From an uncultured Christensenellaceae bacterium (lineage in GTDB: Bacteria > Bacillota > Clostridia > Christensenellales > DTU072), in the NCBI GenBank assembly GCA_964432485.1, contig CAYSNP010000002.1:6141-70140 (forward strand): a stretch of DNA of 64,000 nt, read 5' to 3'. Below, one piece after another: positions 58,401 through 64,000 of the stretch (positions are counted from its first letter, which is position 1; every line of letters begins with the position of its first letter). A model generated the notes under the pieces. It saw only the letters and a program-made list of their open reading frames with translations. It was not told where the DNA came from and made no database searches. Position numbers and translations under genes: made by a program.

Positions 58401-58513
58401 AGTTCATAATTTTTTATAGCAAAAAACTCAAGCGTGGAAATGCCTGCTAATATTAAAACGGTTACAAGTAGTACCGTTAGAAGTCTCTTTTTTGTACTGT
58501 TACTTATATTCAT
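52451..58513 (-). CDS. Giant secreted/anchored protein: M6 (InhA-like) metalloprotease, RCC1-like repeats, two Big_2 domains, many Big_3-like repeats and a C-terminal dockerin-like module
   Basis: The HExxH motif is 'VLCHEMSHVLGAPDLYHY' (57506-57520). RCC1-type repeats (GANDYGQL, GDNTDGQL, GNNQGG) lie at about 55667-56389. A Big_2 domain reads 'VAPQDASYPALEYISLDESIATVDADGNITTLKEGSTTIRV'. There are at least 8 repeats of '..MVSGYDP...G.Q.LT..Y.G....F.V'. The dockerin-like segment is 'GDMNNDGEFTKEDL...DFDNDGTYDLKDF' (about 52535-52681). The track start at 58531 is TTG and sits within the promoter-proximal (-10/TSS) region. I placed the start at the ATG at 58511-58513 (MNISNSTKK), which has AAAGG upstream. 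Confidence 0.85.
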   Translation of the reverse strand: MNISNSTKKRLLTVLLVTVLILAGISTLEFFAIKNYELTYQWIEGEYTLPCSAEEPDGNTAHYYGSGDMRFRYAHDEYGYILMQNSEGYMVYAQNQGGRPVPGKVRYGADKKSVALAAKMSYADIDFAANPDLISDWEGIDYSEGGILNSELSVTLVNIIIFIEYKNTTFNVPEDNFASLLTADDNSLKDYYYNITYGNLDFESAYPINLEGNVYVYKAPENRNYYDIEDGGTRYKREAVLLTNAVNAVNSKIDITGLNLDTNGDNRIDAVTFIMQGSASSSWGSLLWPHAWDLYYANQAYNGGASAKIGGIEVGKYNMQFQTSINQGVLCHEMSHVLGAPDLYHYNDSESYAPVGKWDLMQSNLPTPQYMTTHIRQKYIGYIAEEQIDEIEYNGIYSLKPTVSATSSDVLAYKIYTEYSDIEYFMVEYRNNSIATYDSMLPGSGLIVYRINITAQEGNKNAKYRDPAHPDEVYVFRPSVALSGSIGERSKINLDYANLAPHNAFFTSVGKSLDYSGSDYDNQTIYFSDGSNSGIIIEVLSMNEQALEFNVRLSGEDTIDNTYFQERISMNNAELVNNSNFSGVQANIHIEDIDITYLKSLRAELLDEQENILATNTLNLSAFYTSYLQGGEDFGLHFIVNDKDNIIPSVFDRGIYEDLSEPYYIRLIVEDADSDEIQLDVSEIDTLSCTWEEVLSTKKEVIPGLSASSAETVGLRFNGKVVSSGYYNYSGYSDIIAISSGFSHTLLLSKGLTVTAVSNDTHSKLDVLGWQDIVKISASQDNSYAIDLYGEAHAVGANDYGQLSIANYTNAKDIKGAVRHVVILGNDGRVYGAGDNTDGQLNFSNWTNIIAIDVGDTFTIGIREGGNVLVAGKVDGANVNLGWGDIVKVAAGSNYLLALNSSGKVLSYGNNQGGKASVADLCDIVDISAGVTHSAFLRTDGVVLYKGYNESATQAISNLLTDDYVSLTGITLNAYQKEIELSLTFKLEATVAPQDASYPALEYISLDESIATVDADGNITTLKEGSTTIRVKHKGSEVFADLALTVTNPILIESVSFDLAERNIVIGDSSFLNVVTVPAGATNRGRGVFSSGDTDIVEVNAATGEIIGKAIGTAIITVTIDDFGEEKSAQCTIYVIDKVCYIEILSHITKREYLYGEPLDLTGGIIHVVTVNEDEYELPITTDMVSGYDPYDTNSLGQQLTVTVDQQSVDFTVWVFDYAIGLEISKPIKTLYAYGEALDASDGEFVQLLASGAQSAPIYITVAMLSGYDPYEFGEQTITLTYQGLVATFTIFLTDPICQISPNFSKTRFAYGEQLPLGETFKITRLSGAEEYKYITYATLSGFDPYMLGTQSITLSYEGLQAYTIFQVEDYIDSIVIEGTKRQGRFMFYDNSCPLVEIGAFFELGGGPFGATLNSQDYLFAKYFYQGIELLQTDFTLDNLGDKPNLEIQLFVKRRTAGGVVSNLFLDSKSIELINIIEVDKIEIIYQSTYNRSEISCIADLGIMVEVTDINGNVTTEEPDSIDIDLSIFTFQAVQVTYISFSVTVQILLVNDPVSIDCEDSLQICYGAEFSGVVYLVKFNGDKQALSENDYDIFGFNSFVLGAQTVTLEYQTFSLQITVYIIEDINKLELLDAPEEYLLYEQIDLTGKTIKVTYTSGATREVIFDSNVFLIEPYNNNEIGVAEIVVKHIASGKTCSFEVTFNNYEVGIRVHEGSKSIYEYGEELALTAVYLIMADGSEITVTAYTTNYDKRNLGAQNVRVSYMGFTCLFPVTVIDVLEALELICPPSKTSYSYGQAIALAGLELKATYRAVGEVIITEYSMLGVIYNPIKTGSQNVTLSLEAKSCSFSVTVRLKPSPLYNYSEEDACIYTNKVLFYQGLSVPDIFTKIALADYYSYLALSLEDSLGPIDIDSQEFDGVMLNGDYKLMVKNTDGQVVDSLNICIYGDMNNDGEFTKEDLQVLAEQFLKGTYREEIDFDNDGTYDLKDFVNWIKAANKKIDPQPLLLFFRSLVATPPRKYEL

Positions 58514-58536
58514 AAGCAAATACCTTTTCAAAATAA

Positions 58537-58565
58537 ATTATATCAAATTATGCGGATAAAGTCAA
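58537..58565 (-). promoter_or_regulatory. Promoter of the giant-protein operon
   Basis: The minus strand reads TTGACT (58560-58565), a 17-nt spacer, then TATAAT (58537-58542). It lies between the ftsH terminator and the ATG at 58513. Confidence 0.6.
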
Positions 58566-58627
58566 TTAAGAGGCAAATCAAGTCCATAGCAAATATATGC
58601 AGTTTGAATGTTCCTTTTTCTTTTTAA

Positions 58628-58656
58628 CAAAAAAGCCCTATCCAAAGGGCTTTTTG
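58628..58656 (-). terminator. Rho-independent terminator after ftsH
   Basis: AAAAGCCCT-ATCCAA-AGGGCTTTT forms a 9-bp stem. On the minus strand it is followed by TTTTTTGTT. Confidence 0.75.
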
Positions 58657-58675
58657 CTGTAATACAATTTTATTC

Positions 58676-60772
58676 TTAATCTTGCTCGGGTTTGTCAGGC
58701 TCTTGGTCTTGTTCTGCTTGTTCTTCAATATCAGCTTCTTTAGAATCTTTGCTTGCCTTTTCGATTAAATCAGCTATAAGTTGATTTTGCGCATCTAAAT
58801 CGCTCTTTTCTTTAACTATTATGGAGTCAGTGCTGCCAAATAGGGGAGCTTCTTTAGAATTGTCTTTTTCTTCTTTCTTTTTATTATCAATATACTCGTT
58901 AATTTCTTCCAAACTTTTTCCTTCCAACAGCATATGGACTTCGTCAGAATATATAGTTTCGCGCTCAAATAGCAGCCTGACCATCTTGTCCATAACATCC
59001 AGATTGCTGGTAAGCACTTCCAATGCTCTTTGATAATTTTGCTCTATAATTGCTTTGGACTCTTTATCAATTATGCCGGCAATTTCGTCTCCGTAATTGA
59101 GTTGAGTTTGATAATCTCTGCCTATAAATACCTCTTGATCGCCGCCATAATACATATTGGGCAAGGACTCGCTCATGCCCCATTCGCAAACCATTTTTCT
59201 AGCCATTAGGCTGGCGCGCTTAATATCTGCGGACGCACCTGTGGAAATATCTTTTATAATTAGCTCCTCTGCCGCTCTTCCGCCAAGCATCATAGCTATT
59301 TCGTCGTTTAATTTGCTCTTTGTAATATGACTATCGTCTGTGCGGGGTATAGAAATAGTATAGCCAGCCGCCATACCCCTAGGGATAATGCTGACCTCTT
59401 GCACCTCATCGCAATTGGGCAGCACTGCACCGACAATGGCATGCCCGCTTTCGTGATAAGCAGTAATTCTTTTATCGGCTTCGGTAATAATCCTAGATTT
59501 CTTTTGAGGACCTGCTATCACTTTGTTTACACCCTCAAGCAGGTCTTTCATTAAAATAACTTTTCTGTTTGCTCGAGCTGCCAATATTGCCGCTTCATTT
59601 AACAAGTTTTCAATATCCGCTCCGCTAAAACCGCTAGTTAAACGCGCCAAATTCTTAAAATCTACATCGGGAGCAATGGGCTTGTTGCGAGCATGCACCT
59701 TAAAGATAGCTTCTCTGCCCTTTACATCAGGGATATGCACATAAATTTGGCGGTCAAATCTGCCAGGTCTAAGTAGTGCGGGGTCTAATACATCAGGTCT
59801 ATTGGTAGCGGCTATAATAATTATGCCGTCATTGCTTTCGAACCCATCCATTTGCACAAGCAACTGATTGAGAGTTTGTTCTCTTTCGTCATTGCCTCCG
59901 CCTATACCCGCTCCTCTTTGTCTGCCAACCGCATCTATTTCGTCAATAAATACTATACAAGGCATATTCTTTTTAGCTTGAGCAAATAAATCTCTAACCC
60001 TGCTTGCGCCTACGCCTACAAACATTTCTACAAAATCAGAGCCGCTTATAGAAAAGAAAGGGACATTTGCCTCGCCTGCAATAGCTCGGGCAAAAAGTGT
60101 TTTACCCGTGCCGGGCAAGCCTACCAGCAATACCCCATGCGGAATCTTAGCGCCTAGTCCGGAATATTTTTTAGGATTCTTTAAAAAGTCTACTATTTCT
60201 TTTAACTCTTCCTTTTCCTCCTCCGCACCAGCCACATCATTAAACTTTACCTTAATATTGGTAGCCATATGCGGCTTGGTCTTACCAAAAGTAAGAGCGG
60301 AACTGCTACCTCTGCTGCCTTTCATAGTGATATATAAAAAGACAAGCAGCGCAGCTAACATTAGAAAAGATAAAATAGGAAAAATATTGCTTAAAAAAGA
60401 GCCTTTGTCAGGATTGTTTAAATCCAGATAAGGCATTTCTTCCCTTTCAGCATATATTTCTGTTACTGTTAATGAAAAAGAGGTACGGTCAGTAACAATG
60501 CATGCTGCAGATTGAAATTTGCCGTCCTTAAACTTGTCCAACTCGCCCGCATCTTTTTTATATAATATCTTAACATTATAGCTATCAGAACATATCAGCC
60601 CTATTACTTTATTATCTTGATTGTCCTCCTCTTCATACTCTTGTTTTAGCTGGTTTATCAATGTCCCATAATCCACTACTTTAGGAGGCGTAGGCTTAAA
60701 CAGAATAATAGCCAATATAAAAACTGCCAGTATAATTACTGTAATAAGCAGCATAGATTTTTTATCTTTCAT
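58676..60772 (-). CDS. ftsH: ATP-dependent zinc metalloprotease FtsH
   Basis: Walker A GLPGTGKT, Walker [13 protein letters not shown] '[20 protein letters not shown]', zinc site 'HESGHAI'. It has two N-terminal TM helices and an acidic C-terminal tail. Confidence 0.95.
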   Translation of the reverse strand: MKDKKSMLLITVIILAVFILAIILFKPTPPKVVDYGTLINQLKQEYEEEDNQDNKVIGLICSDSYNVKILYKKDAGELDKFKDGKFQSAACIVTDRTSFSLTVTEIYAEREEMPYLDLNNPDKGSFLSNIFPILSFLMLAALLVFLYITMKGSRGSSSALTFGKTKPHMATNIKVKFNDVAGAEEEKEELKEIVDFLKNPKKYSGLGAKIPHGVLLVGLPGTGKTLFARAIAGEANVPFFSISGSDFVEMFVGVGASRVRDLFAQAKKNMPCIVFIDEIDAVGRQRGAGIGGGNDEREQTLNQLLVQMDGFESNDGIIIIAATNRPDVLDPALLRPGRFDRQIYVHIPDVKGREAIFKVHARNKPIAPDVDFKNLARLTSGFSGADIENLLNEAAILAARANRKVILMKDLLEGVNKVIAGPQKKSRIITEADKRITAYHESGHAIVGAVLPNCDEVQEVSIIPRGMAAGYTISIPRTDDSHITKSKLNDEIAMMLGGRAAEELIIKDISTGASADIKRASLMARKMVCEWGMSESLPNMYYGGDQEVFIGRDYQTQLNYGDEIAGIIDKESKAIIEQNYQRALEVLTSNLDVMDKMVRLLFERETIYSDEVHMLLEGKSLEEINEYIDNKKKEEKDNSKEAPLFGSTDSIIVKEKSDLDAQNQLIADLIEKASKDSKEADIEEQAEQDQEPDKPEQD

Positions 60773-60878
60773 TTATTACCTTATGTTTTTAGTTTGTGAT
60801 ATTAGGATAAATATTATAGCATAACAACTCTATATACGCAAGCGTAAATATCCCTTATGACAATTACCCTAAAACTAA

Positions 60879-61385
60879 TTAACACATATCATAGGCAAGG
60901 AAAGTATTTTTTGCAAGCTCTATAAATGAGGCATTTTCTTTAATATTTTGCAGTAAAGAATGGACTTTTGCTGCTACAGAAAATGCCAAGTCCTGCACAA
61001 ATATTTTATCTATATTTCTTAGTATATTAAAATTGTCTTGCCCATATTCGCCTACTACCGCCAAAATGCCAATATCACCTATCCTTTGATTGTTTTTACC
61101 TAAAGCGCCCCCTGCTCTTACGCCGGAAGCAGTTACTTTTATCTTGCCTACATCAGCCTTTATGCCTAAGCAGGAATCTATGGCAATAATCATAGAATCA
61201 GAATGGTGAGATTGTATATGAGCATGGTAAGCGGAAAAGTTAACACCATTGACATTGCTACGGCTCTTGCCATACACAAATGCATCTATATCATAAATTT
61301 CTACTAAAAAATCTCCTACCAAAGGGCCTAGCGCGTCCCCCGATATTTTATCTGTGCCTATGCAAACTATAACAGGTTTGGGCAT
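60879..61385 (-). CDS. yyaC: Spore protease YyaC-family protein
   Basis: 'VCIGTDKISGDALGPLVG' matches the YyaC/GPR-like pattern 'IGTDRSTGDSLGPLVG'. Confidence 0.7.
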   Translation of the reverse strand: MPKPVIVCIGTDKISGDALGPLVGDFLVEIYDIDAFVYGKSRSNVNGVNFSAYHAHIQSHHSDSMIIAIDSCLGIKADVGKIKVTASGVRAGGALGKNNQRIGDIGILAVVGEYGQDNFNILRNIDKIFVQDLAFSVAAKVHSLLQNIKENASFIELAKNTFLAYDMC

Positions 61386-61597
61386 ATTGCTCCTCCATAA
61401 TGTACTTGATTAACTATTGCCCCAAAGCACTTTTCTTATTCAAAATCAGCCAGTAATATTAGTTTTATATGTGTAATTGAAATATCCTTTTGTTTTTTGC
61501 AAAGTTAAGGTAATAATATATCTTGATTTATTGCTAGGATTTTGTTATAATTTACTTAACAGATTCTAGATAAACAACTACCTTAGGAGGTAGTCTG

Positions 61598-62419
61598 ATG
61601 ATTTATGGGTTTTATTACTTTGATATAGCTGCTTGCATTATATTGCTGATAGCTATTATTACAGGATTGCGTAAAGGGCTGATTAAAATGCTTTTTGGGC
61701 TGCTTAGTTCTTTGGCGGCACTTGCATGTGCCATTTTTCTCGTTATGCCCGCTACCAATTTTATAATAGATAATACCCCGATTGACGACTATTTAATACA
61801 TGCTCTAAAAGCACCTATTGCTGCCAACCAGCCTATTCTGGATTCGCCCGTAGTGTATTATGACCATGACGGTGACCCCGGCACAGATGATATATTAGGA
61901 TTCTACTATAACGATACCATTACCCCTGTGCACGAAGCAATTGAGCAATCTAACTTATTAAATATGTTTGCAGATCAAATAAATGATATATTGACTAAAA
62001 TAGTGCCTCCTGAAGGGTTGCCCAGCGCACTATTTGCTATTACTTCTGTAATTGTAGCTTATCTGCTTATACCTATTGACTTTCTCTTAATTTGGATACT
62101 TGCAGGCACCTTGCTAAGATTAATATTCGGGCTGCTGAACCTTTTGGTAAAAAGGGTTGCTTCGCTATATTTTCTTAATAGAGTGGCAGGGATAGCTATT
62201 GCTATTGTATATGCTGCAATATTTTTATTAGGTGTTATTACCTTACTGGACCTTACAGCAAGCAATCCGCTTGCCGCAGATATCAAAAACAATTATGTGA
62301 CGGGCTCTACCATTGGAGGCTTCTTAGACGGCATCAATCCTTTTACTGAGCTGCTGCAAAAACTAGATTTTTCCTCTTGGATAGACAAAATTATGCAAAG
62401 TATAGGTCTGAATAAATAA
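61598..62419 (+). CDS. cvpA: CvpA-family membrane protein
   Basis: The N-terminus 'DIAACIILLIAIITGLRKGLIKMLFGLLS' is typical of CvpA. It is polytopic. The RBS is AGGAGG. Confidence 0.7.
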   Translation: MIYGFYYFDIAACIILLIAIITGLRKGLIKMLFGLLSSLAALACAIFLVMPATNFIIDNTPIDDYLIHALKAPIAANQPILDSPVVYYDHDGDPGTDDILGFYYNDTITPVHEAIEQSNLLNMFADQINDILTKIVPPEGLPSALFAITSVIVAYLLIPIDFLLIWILAGTLLRLIFGLLNLLVKRVASLYFLNRVAGIAIAIVYAAIFLLGVITLLDLTASNPLAADIKNNYVTGSTIGGFLDGINPFTELLQKLDFSSWIDKIMQSIGLNK

Positions 62420-62445
62420 GCAAGCTAGCGGACTCAGCACCTTAA

Positions 62446-62475
62446 AGAGGGCAAGGGATTTGCCCTTTATTTATA
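62446..62475 (+). terminator. Probable terminator after cvpA
   Basis: AGAGGGCAA-GGGAT-TTGCCCTTT forms a 9-bp stem with one G:U pair, followed by ATTTAT. Confidence 0.45.
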
Positions 62476-62482
62476 GATTAAT

Positions 62483-63871
62483 ATGGATATAAAAGAGCTA
62501 ACAAGTAAAAAACAGCAATTCTATGCAGTAATTGCCGAGGATGCAAGCCATTCGCTTTCGCCCTTTATGCATAAAATAATAAATAAATATACCGAAAGCA
62601 GCACTCCTTATTATGCTATAAGCGTAAAAGAGCACAACTTACAGCAAGATATCCTCTCCCTAATGAAATATGCAAAAGGGCTTAATGTAACTATCCCTTA
62701 TAAGAGTGCGGTACTACCTTATCTAGATAGGAGTGAGCAAGATGCCCTTGCTATTAATGCGGTAAACACTATTGCCAAAAAAGGCAGTTTGCTTTATGGC
62801 TTCAATACTGATATCTTAGGCTTTAAGGATACCTTGGCTTATTACAATATTGCTGTGCAGGACAAAAAAGCAGTGGTGTTAGGCAGCGGAGGAGTATCCA
62901 AAGCAATAGCGTATACTCTACTTGCAGAAGGGGCAACGGTATATATGGCGTCCAGGCAGCAAAATATTGCTCTCCCAAACAGCTTATCTAAGGTAAAATT
63001 AACCGGCTATAATGAAATTGATAGCAACATGAATATTATTATAAATGGCACACCTGTAGGAATGGCTAGAATAAAAGAAAAAAGTCTGGTGTCCTTAAAA
63101 GATTTTTCGCAATTGTCCTTTGTTTTGGACAGTATCTACACTCCTTTTTTTACACCGCTGCTAAGGCAAGCTGACTCTTTAGGTATCCCTTATGCCAATG
63201 GGCTATTTATGCTGCTTGCACAAGGAGTGCGCTCCAGAAGTATATGGGGTGATGCTAAAATTTCTCTGCCAGAGCTTGAAAGCATTTTTCAGGAAATGCA
63301 AGTGCACCTTTTAAGTAAAGAGCTGCAAAAATCTAATATAAAGTGCATAGCTTTAGGCGGTTTTATGGGAGTAGGCAAAACTTTTATTGGCAAAGAGTTA
63401 GCTGCGGCAGTTGGATATAAGTTCATTGACTTAGATAAACAAATAGAGGACAAGTATAGACCAATTTCGGAAATCTTTGCTTGTGACGGGGAAGAATATT
63501 TTCGCCAAATTGAAGAAAAGGAATTAAAGAGCCTTGAGCTTAGCAATGTTGTAATCTCTTTAGGCGGCGGTATTTTGGCATCAGATAAATTGGCTAGCTG
63601 GCTCAAAGAGCGCGCTTTTTTAATAAATATACAGCGGCCTTTTGAAGATATTGTAAAGAATATCGGCAAGGATACCTCCCGTCCTTTAGCTGCAAATCAT
63701 AAGGACTTGGAACAGTTATATTATATGCGTAAAGAAGCATATAAGGGTAAAGCCCATATCAATATAGAGGCAACTATGGATGTTAGGCAAAATATTATTG
63801 AAATATTAAAACGCATCATATATGCTTGCAATACCGCTCTTTATCAGAGGCTGCAAGGCACTGCTATTTAG
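62483..63871 (+). CDS. aroE/aroK: Bifunctional shikimate dehydrogenase / shikimate kinase (AroE-AroK fusion)
   Basis: Residues 1 to about 275 carry the AroE motifs NVTIPYK, NTDILGF and VLGSGGVSKA. Residues from about 290 to 462 carry the AroK Walker A GFMGVGKTFIGKELA and SLGGGI. Confidence 0.85.
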   Translation: MDIKELTSKKQQFYAVIAEDASHSLSPFMHKIINKYTESSTPYYAISVKEHNLQQDILSLMKYAKGLNVTIPYKSAVLPYLDRSEQDALAINAVNTIAKKGSLLYGFNTDILGFKDTLAYYNIAVQDKKAVVLGSGGVSKAIAYTLLAEGATVYMASRQQNIALPNSLSKVKLTGYNEIDSNMNIIINGTPVGMARIKEKSLVSLKDFSQLSFVLDSIYTPFFTPLLRQADSLGIPYANGLFMLLAQGVRSRSIWGDAKISLPELESIFQEMQVHLLSKELQKSNIKCIALGGFMGVGKTFIGKELAAAVGYKFIDLDKQIEDKYRPISEIFACDGEEYFRQIEEKELKSLELSNVVISLGGGILASDKLASWLKERAFLINIQRPFEDIVKNIGKDTSRPLAANHKDLEQLYYMRKEAYKGKAHINIEATMDVRQNIIEILKRIIYACNTALYQRLQGTAI

Positions 63872-63931
63872 CTTTTCGCCAAATTAACTTGTAGAATTAA
63901 GAATTGGTGCTTGTAAAAACAAGGGCGTAAA

Positions 63932-63960
63932 TTGACAAAACAAAATTATCAATATATAAT
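63932..63960 (+). promoter_or_regulatory. Consensus promoter for the gene starting at 63989
   Basis: TTGACA (63932-63937), a 17-nt spacer, then TATAAT (63955-63960). Confidence 0.55.
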
Positions 63961-63988
63961 TAAGTGACATAGCAAAAAAGGACTCTTT

Positions 63989-64000
63989 ATGAAAAAGTTT
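63989..64000 (+). CDS. First four codons (MKKF) of a gene that continues beyond the window
   Basis: The ATG at 63989 lies downstream of a consensus promoter and an AAAGGA RBS. Only 12 nt are visible. Confidence 0.3.

Noticed and set aside
1-64000. A window-wide search for a CRISPR array, rRNA, tmRNA, RNase P RNA, a group II intron, an IS element or a prophage structural module.
   Set aside because: I saw no regularly spaced direct repeats, no rRNA-like conserved blocks and no RT, transposase, integrase or capsid-like ORFs. The only RNA gene I can support is tRNA-Ala.

Overview
This is an AT-rich, Firmicutes/Clostridia-like chromosomal segment (it carries the sporulation gene yyaC, Gram-positive lipoboxes and AGGAGG-type RBSs). 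It is densely coding under the standard code. I call about 48 CDS, one tRNA-Ala(CGC), one frameshifted gene copy, and several promoters and terminators read directly from the sequence.

Housekeeping genes: tilS-hpt-cca, ftsH, lepB, mscL, an aroE/aroK fusion, cvpA, yyaC and a GH13 alpha-glucosidase.

Transport genes:
- a heterodimeric ABC exporter;
- three fused ATPase-FtsX (MacB-like) proteins;
- two solute-uptake ABC systems;
- a P-type Ca-ATPase.

Other content:
- an OmpR/intramembrane-kinase two-component system;
- an SOS-controlled Y-family polymerase/YolD pair;
- two purple-acid-phosphatase-like metallophosphoesterases;
- a Fic protein with a dead catalytic motif;
- a 13-kb operon headed by a 2020-aa M6-protease/RCC1/Ig/dockerin surface protein.

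The best candidate for something undescribed is at 20.2-22.7 kb. It is a translationally coupled pair: an NT5C-like 5'(3')-deoxyribonucleotidase and a TIR-like (COG4271/Cap12-type) domain protein with a roughly 300-aa unassigned helical C-terminus. It is followed by an ORF-free 0.5-kb stretch packed with TGATATT repeats and mini-palindromes abutting tRNA-Ala, and then by a four-copy family of small lipoproteins.

A second notable item is a 36-nt promoter/operator element. It is present at an identical distance upstream of two different ABC-exporter operons that flank the two-component system.

I saw no CRISPR array, rRNA, transposase or integrase. All family assignments rest on motifs recognised by eye and need HMM or BLAST confirmation.
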